This document shows, one piece after another, positions 7,532 through 15,594 of a stretch of DNA of 22,833 nucleotides. The notes under the pieces were generated by a model that was not told the DNA's origin, made no database searches, and was given only the letters and a program-made list of their open reading frames with translations. The stretch lies in sequence record SRR31156797_535, one strand, 5' to 3'. Both the position numbers and the translations under genes were made by a program. Position 1 is the first letter of the stretch; every line of letters begins with the position of its first letter.

Positions 7532-8625
7532 GCGTTCAACTCCGAATTGTTTTTATGATAACCATGACAATTGCTCTCTCTTTTGGGTTTATGCACCACT
7601 ATATACCTGAATATAACTTTGAAAGGCTCCACATATTCCTGTTTAACCTTTGTACAGGCGGAACAATTATCCTTTACTTCACAATGGAGAAGGATAGGAT
7701 GACTAAAAGACTATACGTCTTCTTCTTCCTTTCGTTTGTATACGCTTTTCTAGCCTTCTTCGAGTTCTACGCCCTTGCTATCGCTGTATCTCTGGTTCTC
7801 TTTATAATAGTCGAGTCGGTGCGAAACATGAGATTTGACTTCTTTCCGAAAGATTTTTTCACCATGAAAGTGCCAACAGCTCAGAAATTCCATCACGCTG
7901 CTCTTCTCTGCTTGTCTATGGGGCTTCTCATGTCGATCTCTGCGATTATTAATCAGGAATACTACACTTTTCTGCACTCAGAAAAGCTGACACTGAATAC
8001 ATTCTTCCTCGGATTCTCCTTCCCTGTCTCGCTCATATCGTTAAGCGTTATGTTCACCACTATGCACAAGGCTAAAAGCAGCCTCTTTAGAATATTAAAA
8101 GTAGTCTCTTTCTGGGTGATCACGCTCGGCGTCATAATATTCTTCTCCTTTATACTGTTTGAAGCAATAATCCTTGAGCTTATAATATCACTGATACTCT
8201 TTGCCGGAGTATCTACAGTGCTATACCTTTACATAAAGTTAGGGATCAAAGAGCAACAGAAGGCTTACCTTACATCCGGGATATTCTTCCTTCTCATGAC
8301 ATCGATATCTGGTGTTATATACATACTGATATACGCATACGGATACACAGACCCACTTTACAGGGATATGACAATTGTCTATCACAGGACACTTGCTCTT
8401 TACGGCTGGAACATCAGCGGGCTTGCTGTTATCTGCAGGTTCAAAGACTTCCCTATCATGCTTCACTCCGGCCCGGCTATTGTCCTGCATTGGCTCATCG
8501 TCGGTTTCCTTGCTCCGGCGGCTATCTTCAGCTCGGCTTTTGTTATACCAACAGTTGGTGCATATCTACTTTTCCTCTTTGCAGTTTTCTTTTCTAAAGG
8601 TAATTACAAAATAAGGGAATTTTGA
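7528..8625 (+). CDS. Polytopic membrane protein of unknown function (roughly 11-12 TM helices)
   Basis: Very hydrophobic 365-aa ORF with an ATGA overlap with the upstream gene. His residues sit at helix positions (ERLHIF, KFHHAAL, YHRTLALYGW, VLHWL). Confidence 0.8.
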   Translation: MSVQLRIVFMITMTIALSFGFMHHYIPEYNFERLHIFLFNLCTGGTIILYFTMEKDRMTKRLYVFFFLSFVYAFLAFFEFYALAIAVSLVLFIIVESVRNMRFDFFPKDFFTMKVPTAQKFHHAALLCLSMGLLMSISAIINQEYYTFLHSEKLTLNTFFLGFSFPVSLISLSVMFTTMHKAKSSLFRILKVVSFWVITLGVIIFFSFILFEAIILELIISLILFAGVSTVLYLYIKLGIKEQQKAYLTSGIFFLLMTSISGVIYILIYAYGYTDPLYRDMTIVYHRTLALYGWNISGLAVICRFKDFPIMLHSGPAIVLHWLIVGFLAPAAIFSSAFVIPTVGAYLLFLFAVFFSKGNYKIREF

Positions 8626-8662
8626 TATACTATATCGTGTGGTTATATACTTGCGGGGTTTT

Positions 8663-9766
8663 ATGATGACTGCTTTACGTCTTTTTGCTCTTTTTTCTAT
8701 ATTCTTTATCACTTCACAAGCTTTTTGTGCAAACGGTATGGAATACTACACAATTGACGAATACTTTAAAATCAACAGGCAACAGAGAGAGCTTACAGAA
8801 ATCTTTGCTTTCAAAGTTTCTGACAGTGCCAAACTCATCAAGAAACGCATTAAGTCCCCTATAAGAATAGCTGTAGTCTACCCTGCAATACAGCAGTCAA
8901 ATTACTGGCGTGATTCTGTTAAGTCAATGACAGCAAGGCTTGATGAATCCGGAATCAAATACGAACTATTCAAATATTTCAGCAGACCATCAGGAGACTA
9001 CAGGCTCCAGGCGATGCACCTTAATGAAGCATCGAAAGGGGATATGGACTATATCATACTATCAGTTGATAACTCTAATGTCAGAAGGCTTATCCCTAGC
9101 CTGCTCACAAAAGATAAACCTAAAATAATGATTCAGAACCTCACAACGCCTATTAAAGCGTGGGATTCTCATAAACCATTCATGTACGTGGGCTTTGATC
9201 ATATAGAGGGTTCTAAGCTGATAGCGGAACACTATAGCAAAATATTTCCTAAGGGGGCAAACTACCTCCTTCTATACGGTCCGAAAGGAACCGTAAGTAC
9301 GCTCAGAGGCGGCGGTTTTGAAAGCTATGGACTTTCCAAGGGTTTTGTTCCTGTTGCGAAGTATTATACCGATTTCGATTTTCAGAAATCGTATGAAGCG
9401 ACAAAACATGCCCTCGAAAAGCATAAAGAGATCAATTTCGTATACGCATGCTCAACAGATATAGCACTCGGAGCTTCAAAGGCTATCGACGAGGCAGGAC
9501 TGATTGATAAGGTGATAATCAACGGCTGGGGCGGAACTATGAATGAGCTGGAGCTCATCAGCAAGAAGAAACTTAATTTCACTGTTATGAGAATGAACGA
9601 TGACAACGGTGTCGCAATTTCTGAAGCTATAAAAATGGATATCATGGGCAAAGGCGACAATGTCCCTGACATCTTTAGCGGCGAATTTGTCACCATTACA
9701 AAGGATATGACCTGGGAAACTATTAGCACATATATTGAGAGGGCTTTAAGATATTCCAGAAAATAG
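8663..9766 (+). CDS. luxP: Autoinducer-2-binding periplasmic protein, LuxP family
   Basis: Signal peptide MMTALRLFALFSIFFITSQAFC-A. LuxP signatures VVYPAIQQSNYW, IQNLTTP, YVGFDHIEGS, STLRG, YACSTDIALGA, INGWGG, TVMRMNDDNGVAISEAIK. The start is taken at ATG 8663 (or 8666), after GGGG. Confidence 0.9.
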   Translation: MMTALRLFALFSIFFITSQAFCANGMEYYTIDEYFKINRQQRELTEIFAFKVSDSAKLIKKRIKSPIRIAVVYPAIQQSNYWRDSVKSMTARLDESGIKYELFKYFSRPSGDYRLQAMHLNEASKGDMDYIILSVDNSNVRRLIPSLLTKDKPKIMIQNLTTPIKAWDSHKPFMYVGFDHIEGSKLIAEHYSKIFPKGANYLLLYGPKGTVSTLRGGGFESYGLSKGFVPVAKYYTDFDFQKSYEATKHALEKHKEINFVYACSTDIALGASKAIDEAGLIDKVIINGWGGTMNELELISKKKLNFTVMRMNDDNGVAISEAIKMDIMGKGDNVPDIFSGEFVTITKDMTWETISTYIERALRYSRK

Positions 9767-9819
9767 GTAAAGCTGAAGGCTTAAGACTCTATTACTTTTT
9801 CATAGTCTCTATTCTGGCT

Positions 9820-12800
9820 ATGGCGATCATACTTTCACTAACCATGTTTGTGATTAGTAATAAATTTATACGCAGTACCTTTGAAAAAAAATCTGCTGAT
9901 ATCACCAAAATGAACTCAGACATCGCAAAAATGGTTCTCGATAAAAGAGCTGCCATCCTTAAAAACTCTAACCACGACATAGAGTTCCTCTTTGCAAGTA
10001 AAGCTGACACATTTCTAAGTGGTGACATAGCGACTTTTGAAAATGACATCATCTCACTATACGATTCATCATTTGCTAACGATGTTGATGTTTTCTTCTT
10101 CGAGTCAGCTAAGGGCGACTACATCTTCGATGCGAGCACACCTTTTTACGATACCAGTAAAATCAAAACATATATGACAGCAAACGGCAGATTTCTCAGA
10201 AACGGGATTAAGCTCATACAGTCTGAATCATCCAGCGGGATTCTCATCGCTCTCTCCGGTTCATCAGAAGTGATAAGCCCAACGACCGGCGAGCTAGCAG
10301 GTTATTTCTATACAGGGATAATTCTCAACAGCTCCGCAGGGCTTATAAGCGAAATCATTACATCAACAAACATCTCTGAGGCTGCAATCATCTACGGTGA
10401 CACAATCATCGCAGGGAATAACAGTAAGCCCACAGAAGACATAATAAACATCTGCTACAACAGCAAAGATGTAATTATCTCGAAAACTGAGGTAGCATAC
10501 TGCTCAGACATCCTTATCAGCCAAGAGGGGATTAACCTTAAATTTTATCAAAGCTTGCCTGACTCATTTATAGGGAATGTTATCAACCAGAACAAAAAGA
10601 TGGGATATATAGCTATCGCAATAGTTTCAATTATCACCATAATCGCCGGATATTTTATGAATCTGATCACGGTTAGGTCACTTTATCGTGTTATCGATTA
10701 TACTAAGCTGCTTCTTTCCGGTGAAAACACTGAGTATAAATATTCTCTTATATTCGAGTTTAATATGCTCGCCGACCGGATTGCCGGTGTGAGCGATGAC
10801 CTGACTGAAACTCAGGCTTATATGAAAAATCTGATCAATAACGCTCAGGCTCCTATAGCAATTTGGGATAAGAATGGCAATATCACGCTTTTCAACAACT
10901 CACTTGAAAAATTCTCAGGCTATGAAAGTGAACAGGTTCTCGGAAAGCATCTGAGCCACATCTACAGCATTTTCCCTTATGCAAATGTTTCAGTAGACAA
11001 GGCTGACCAGCATGAATCTACTGCGACACAATTCGAATCTGTTCTTATACATAAAACAAACGGTATGAAGAGTGTTATCCTGTGGAACCTCACTGATGTT
11101 TATAATGAAAGTGAATACTCAGGAACTATTCTGCAAGGTATCGACATTACTGAAATCAAGGCCGCAGAGGATAAAATGCTGCTCGCCTCAAAGGTTTTTG
11201 AAAATGCTCTGGACGGTATGGTTGTTATAAATGTTGCTGGTGATATTATCTCATGCAACGAATCATTCGCAAAGATGACAGGCTATTCCAAGCTTGAACT
11301 GCCGGGGAAGAATGCAAAAATTTTCAGACCGGATGATCACTCTCCAGATTTTTACAAGATTATGCTCGATCACCTTAAACACTACGGTAAATGGAGCGGT
11401 GAGGCCTGGCAGAGAAAGAAAAACGGCGAAACATTCCCTGCTATCATAACTATTTCAACAATCAGAAGCCCACGTGGTGAGGTGACTGACTATGTAACTG
11501 CCGTACACGATATTACTGAGCGTAAGAAATACGAAGACGATATAAAGTATCAGGCAACCCATGACATCCTTACAGGTATGCCAAACAGGCTCTATTTCAC
11601 TGAAACTCTAGCTAATTGCATCGATGATGATGTTGAGCACAAAGGTCTTAGTGTTATGTTTCTGGACCTTGACAGGTTTAAAAATCTCAACGACACACTA
11701 GGACACTCCACAGGTGACAGGATCCTTGAGATACTATCTGAAAGAATCAAAAATATCGTCCGCCCGACAACTATTGCAGCGAGATTCAGCGGTGATGAAT
11801 TCACTTTCCTCTTCACTGATATAAAGGACAAAGAAGATATACAGACCCGGGCTAATACGATAATCAGTAAAATATCCGAACCTTTGATTGTTCAGGGTTA
11901 CGAGCTTTTCATACAGATGAGCGCAGGTATCAGCTTCTACCCTAAAAATGGAAAAACAGCGTCAGAGCTGATAAAAAATGCTGAGATAGCTATGTTTCAG
12001 GCGAAATCAAAAGGTAGAAACAACGTTCAGTTCTTCTCAGATAATTTAGGCAACAAACTTCAGGAGAGGCTTGTCCTCGAATCAAAGCTCAACAGGGCAA
12101 TTGAGAACGATGAATTCACCCTTTATTATCAGCCTAAGATCGACCTTACAGACAATAAAATAATGGGTATGGAAGCACTCCTCAGATGGAAAAACCCTGA
12201 GCTTGGCTTCACCCCGCCGGATGTGTTCATACCTATCGCAGAAGAGAACGGACTCATACTTCCTATTGGCGAATGGGTTATGGAGAGAGCGCTCAAAGAC
12301 ACAGCGGAGCTTCACAGAATTGGTCATGATCAGCTAAAAGTTGCGATAAACCTATCGCTTCGTCAATTCATGAAAAAGGATCTTGCCAATTACATAAAAA
12401 TAACGAAAGAGAGTGCCGGCGTAGATAATATGAGCTTTGAGCTTGAAATCACAGAGAGCATCTTTACCGAAGACCTTAATACTATATCGAAGATAATGAC
12501 CAGCATCAGCGCACTTAACATTAAGTTCGCTATTGATGACTTCGGAACAGGATACAGCTCAATAGGTTATTTGAAAAAAATGCCTATCAACACCCTTAAG
12601 ATTGATAAAAGCTACATCGGAACCATGGATACCAATCAGGACAACGCCTCTATTGTAGCCTCGGTAATACTTATGGCGAAAAGCCTCGGGCTCGCTGTTG
12701 TGGCAGAAGGTGCTGAAACTGATTCACAAGTTAGTATACTCAAAGACTTAGGTTGTGATATAGTCCAAGGCTATTACTACGGCAGACCTATGCCTTACGA

Positions 12801-12843
12801 TGAGTTCCTTAATTTCCTAGAAACGTGGAACAAAGGAGAATAA
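9820..12843 (+). CDS. Membrane sensor: TM / LuxQ-like periplasmic domain / TM / HAMP-like linker / PAS / PAS / GGDEF / EAL (c-di-GMP turnover enzyme)
   Basis: Periplasmic TGELAGYFYTGIILNSS resembles the LuxQ sensor domain as I recall it. Second TM MGYIAIAIVSIITIIAGYFM; two PAS domains ending GIDITE and VHDITE; HDILTGMPNR, DLDRFKNLND.LGH, RFSGDEF; EALLRW, ELEITE, DDFGTGYSS, KIDKS, AEGAET, QGYY. The true start is probably upstream of 9820. Confidence 0.9.
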   Translation: MAIILSLTMFVISNKFIRSTFEKKSADITKMNSDIAKMVLDKRAAILKNSNHDIEFLFASKADTFLSGDIATFENDIISLYDSSFANDVDVFFFESAKGDYIFDASTPFYDTSKIKTYMTANGRFLRNGIKLIQSESSSGILIALSGSSEVISPTTGELAGYFYTGIILNSSAGLISEIITSTNISEAAIIYGDTIIAGNNSKPTEDIINICYNSKDVIISKTEVAYCSDILISQEGINLKFYQSLPDSFIGNVINQNKKMGYIAIAIVSIITIIAGYFMNLITVRSLYRVIDYTKLLLSGENTEYKYSLIFEFNMLADRIAGVSDDLTETQAYMKNLINNAQAPIAIWDKNGNITLFNNSLEKFSGYESEQVLGKHLSHIYSIFPYANVSVDKADQHESTATQFESVLIHKTNGMKSVILWNLTDVYNESEYSGTILQGIDITEIKAAEDKMLLASKVFENALDGMVVINVAGDIISCNESFAKMTGYSKLELPGKNAKIFRPDDHSPDFYKIMLDHLKHYGKWSGEAWQRKKNGETFPAIITISTIRSPRGEVTDYVTAVHDITERKKYEDDIKYQATHDILTGMPNRLYFTETLANCIDDDVEHKGLSVMFLDLDRFKNLNDTLGHSTGDRILEILSERIKNIVRPTTIAARFSGDEFTFLFTDIKDKEDIQTRANTIISKISEPLIVQGYELFIQMSAGISFYPKNGKTASELIKNAEIAMFQAKSKGRNNVQFFSDNLGNKLQERLVLESKLNRAIENDEFTLYYQPKIDLTDNKIMGMEALLRWKNPELGFTPPDVFIPIAEENGLILPIGEWVMERALKDTAELHRIGHDQLKVAINLSLRQFMKKDLANYIKITKESAGVDNMSFELEITESIFTEDLNTISKIMTSISALNIKFAIDDFGTGYSSIGYLKKMPINTLKIDKSYIGTMDTNQDNASIVASVILMAKSLGLAVVAEGAETDSQVSILKDLGCDIVQGYYYGRPMPYDEFLNFLETWNKGE

Positions 12844-12844
12844 C

Positions 12845-13612
12845 TTGGCGATCGGTATTTTTGACTCTGGTGTCGGCGGGCTTACAGTTTATAAAACTAT
12901 CAGCGAACACTTCCCAAACCTTGACATACACTACCTCGGTGACACTGCCCGTGTTCCTTACGGAAGCAGGTCAAAAGAGACAGTTATAACCTACAGCCTT
13001 CAGTGTGCTGATTTCCTCATGAGTAATTTCGACATAGAAACTATTGTCGTAGCTTGCAATACAGCTTCGTCTTACGCAATAGACCAGATAAGAGAGAAGT
13101 ACGGAGTTAACGTCATCGGAGTTGTTGAGCCTGGTGCTGAAAGTGCTGTTGCTGTGACAGAAAATAGCAATATAGGCGTGATCGGAACCCGTGCCACAGT
13201 CCGAAGCGAATCATACATCAAAGCACTTAGAAACCTTCGTCCGGAGCTAAGTATAGATCAGACTGCATGTCCGCTTTTTGTTCCCGTCGTGGAAGAGATG
13301 CTGATAGAGACAGATTTCGCAGAAAACATTGTTAAACACTATTTAGACGACCTGACATCAAAAGGGTGCGATACACTCATTCTCGGCTGTACTCACTATC
13401 CGCTGCTGAAAAGTGTTATCTCAGGGCTTTATCCACATGTCAACATTGTTGACTCATCCGAAGCTATCGTAGGCTATATCAAGCGCTTAGGAATTAATAC
13501 TGACCAAAGCGGCAAGCGTGAGATATACCTTACTGACGAATCACCTGCATTTGAAACATTAAAAAATGTCCTTGCCGGCGGGATAACTGCCCAAAAAGCG
13601 ACACTCACATAA
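12845..13612 (+). CDS. murI: Glutamate racemase
   Basis: Motifs IGIFDSGVGGLTV, DTARVPYG, VVACNTAS, LILGCTHYP. TTG start after AAGGAG. Confidence 0.97.
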   Translation: MAIGIFDSGVGGLTVYKTISEHFPNLDIHYLGDTARVPYGSRSKETVITYSLQCADFLMSNFDIETIVVACNTASSYAIDQIREKYGVNVIGVVEPGAESAVAVTENSNIGVIGTRATVRSESYIKALRNLRPELSIDQTACPLFVPVVEEMLIETDFAENIVKHYLDDLTSKGCDTLILGCTHYPLLKSVISGLYPHVNIVDSSEAIVGYIKRLGINTDQSGKREIYLTDESPAFETLKNVLAGGITAQKATLT

Positions 13613-15038
13613 GTGCATCTTTACAAATATCCCCGATACGCTCAATCCCGCTTTCTATACGTTCATCCAAAGGATGCCCGCAGTTAATACGCATAAAATT
13701 ATGATACCTGTCCTGTGAGCTGAAAATAGCCCCCGGTGTAAAAGAGATATTCTCATTCAGAGTTTTAGGAAGTAGCTCGTTTGTATCTATCCCATCAGGA
13801 AGCTCCACCCACAGAACAAAACCACCGCTCGGCTCAGAAATCTTTGTCCCTTCCGGAAAGTATTTCAATATCTTCATAGTGTAAGCCTGAATCTGATTTT
13901 TTATGGCGTTGTTCATCTTACGCATGTGTCTCGGGTATTTACCCGATGCAAGATAGTGTGCAATAGTAAGCTGAGTAACTTCGTTAGTCGCCATGGATGT
14001 CGCAATCTTCTGTCTGAGTATAGGATTAAGATATTTACCAGCCTCAATCCACCCGACACGCATACCTGAGCTAAGTGTTTTAGAGAAAGATGAGATGTGG
14101 ATAACATTCCCGTCAGTATCATATTTCTTAAGATTGCTTCCACGTTTACCGTTAAAAGCGAAATCACCATTAATATCGTCCTCAATAATAGGCACATTAA
14201 ACCTGCTGCAAATCTCGACAATCTCCTTCTTAACCTCTTCAGGGTAGCTGTGCCCCATAGGGTTACCGAAGTTCGGCTGAGTCAGGAACGCCTTTACACC
14301 GTAGCGCTTAATAGCGTTATAAAGGTCTTCGATTTCAATACCATACTCAGGGCAGGTTGGAAGCTCCATGGCAAAAACTTTACTAGTCTCAAGCAGATGC
14401 ATAAAACCGAAATAGCTAGGCGACTCCATAACGATAAGATCACCCGGGCTTGTAAGTGCATGGAGAGCGAGGGACATACCCTCAGATGCACCGTTTGTCA
14501 CTATTATATTATCAGAATGCACTGAGTTCCCGTTCATATTCATATAGTAAGCGAGTTGCTGACGAAAGAACTTTGCCCCCTGAGTGTTCCCGTACTCCAT
14601 ATTGCTGTGATTATCCATATTAAGAACTTTCTTCATAATATTAAGAAGTTCCTTATGTGGTAATAACTCAGAGGAGGGGATAGCACACCCCAAAGGGATT
14701 ATCGCAGGGTTTACCATAGCGTCCAGTACAGTTTGTATATGCTCACTGTTAGTCACCTGCATAGGCTGCTTGCTAGGTTTTGTCTTCGCCATCTGCTCCC
14801 TAGGCGCAAACGTACCTTTTGAAACGTAAAAACCCGACTGAGGCTTAGCCTCTAAAACCCCAACAGTTTCAAGTTCCATGTAAGCTTGCATAACAGTTGA
14901 GATACTTACAGCCTGATCTTCACTCATGCGGCGGAGGGACGGAACTTTATCTCCTGGCTTCAAAACTTCATTTTTCACCATATTGACAATGACATCCATC
15001 ACCTGCCTGAATTTAAACTCTGCTTTCACTTTAGACAT
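13605..15038 (-). CDS. MocR/GabR-subfamily GntR regulator (wHTH plus PLP-dependent aminotransferase-like domain)
   Basis: N-terminal LKPGDKVPSLR...VSISTVMQAY.ELE..G...KPQSGFYV; C-terminal NP.G, IIEDD, SSFSKTL..GMRVGW (PLP lysine). It converges on murI with an 8-bp overlap. Confidence 0.93.
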   Translation of the reverse strand: MSKVKAEFKFRQVMDVIVNMVKNEVLKPGDKVPSLRRMSEDQAVSISTVMQAYMELETVGVLEAKPQSGFYVSKGTFAPREQMAKTKPSKQPMQVTNSEHIQTVLDAMVNPAIIPLGCAIPSSELLPHKELLNIMKKVLNMDNHSNMEYGNTQGAKFFRQQLAYYMNMNGNSVHSDNIIVTNGASEGMSLALHALTSPGDLIVMESPSYFGFMHLLETSKVFAMELPTCPEYGIEIEDLYNAIKRYGVKAFLTQPNFGNPMGHSYPEEVKKEIVEICSRFNVPIIEDDINGDFAFNGKRGSNLKKYDTDGNVIHISSFSKTLSSGMRVGWIEAGKYLNPILRQKIATSMATNEVTQLTIAHYLASGKYPRHMRKMNNAIKNQIQAYTMKILKYFPEGTKISEPSGGFVLWVELPDGIDTNELLPKTLNENISFTPGAIFSSQDRYHNFMRINCGHPLDERIESGIERIGDICKDALM

Positions 15039-15051
15039 ACAAGCCCCCGAA

Positions 15052-15122
15052 CTGTTATGGTTACATTTTTTATTTACTGTATCTGTTATGGTAACTGTTT
15101 AGTCTGTATATTACAACCATAA
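15052..15122. promoter_or_regulatory. Putative MocR-type operator in a divergent promoter
   Basis: Perfect direct repeat CTGTTATGGT at 15052-15061 and 15083-15092, an inverted partial copy AACCATAA at 15115-15122, and CTGTAT at 15077 and 15104. Confidence 0.7.
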
Positions 15123-15140
15123 TCTATGAGAGGTGACACA

Positions 15141-15401
15141 ATGACACTTAGAGGCGAATATCATCTAGAAAGATTCAAAACTTTCTCTATCGACAACCAT
15201 AAGCATGTAACCATTCTTTGCACAAAAGGTGCGCTCTGGGTCACAGCCGGCAAAGGCTTTGACGATATTGTGCTTAAGAAAGGTCAGTCTATCAGCCTCA
15301 TAGCTGATGAGAAGATTGTTGTGGAAGCTCTTGAGAACTCCTACGCCGTCTTTGTGTATGCCAGTAAGGAGTGTGCGCCGGAGCTTGCACTCCAGAACTA
15401 G
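15141..15401 (+). CDS. Small DUF2917-like (cupin-like beta) protein
   Basis: The pattern I.CTKGALWVT.....DDIVL..GQS.......IVVEAL is typical of DUF2917 as I recall it. SD GAGGTG favours ATG 15141 over 15126. It is divergent from the MocR regulator. Confidence 0.75.
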   Translation: MTLRGEYHLERFKTFSIDNHKHVTILCTKGALWVTAGKGFDDIVLKKGQSISLIADEKIVVEALENSYAVFVYASKECAPELALQN

Positions 15402-15531
15402 TGTCCAGCGGCACTGGTGAACCAGAGTTGATTTAACATCAACCTAGATTTCGACCTCATTTTATCAGGTCGGAAAACGATTCCTAATTTAAGATACAAT
15501 CTCCTCCTAGCAGGAATTTTTCAAACGTATG

Positions 15532-15559
15532 GAAGGGCGTGGCAATTGTCACGCCTTTC
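15532..15559 (+). terminator. Probable intrinsic terminator hairpin
   Basis: GAAGGGCGTGGC-AATT-GTCACGCCTTTC stem with G-U pairs, followed by AT-rich sequence. The U tract is weak. Confidence 0.6.
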
Positions 15560-15567
15560 TAATTATA

Positions 15568-15576
15568 TGTTATAAT
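15568..15576 (+). promoter_or_regulatory. Extended -10 promoter for the sirtuin gene
   Basis: TGtTATAAT lies 18 nt before the ATG at 15595. SD GAGGTG. Confidence 0.55.
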
Positions 15577-15594
15577 TCATCTAAGAGGTGAGTT

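Noticed and set aside
8639-8662. GTG start for luxP at 8639
   Set aside because: The signal peptide and SD-like GGGG fit ATG 8663/8666. This stretch instead resembles a promoter (TTGATA-18 nt-TATACT), which is itself too uncertain to list.
9820-12843. Naming the sensor luxQ
   Set aside because: It has no HisKA, HATPase or receiver motifs. Only the input domain appears LuxQ-like.
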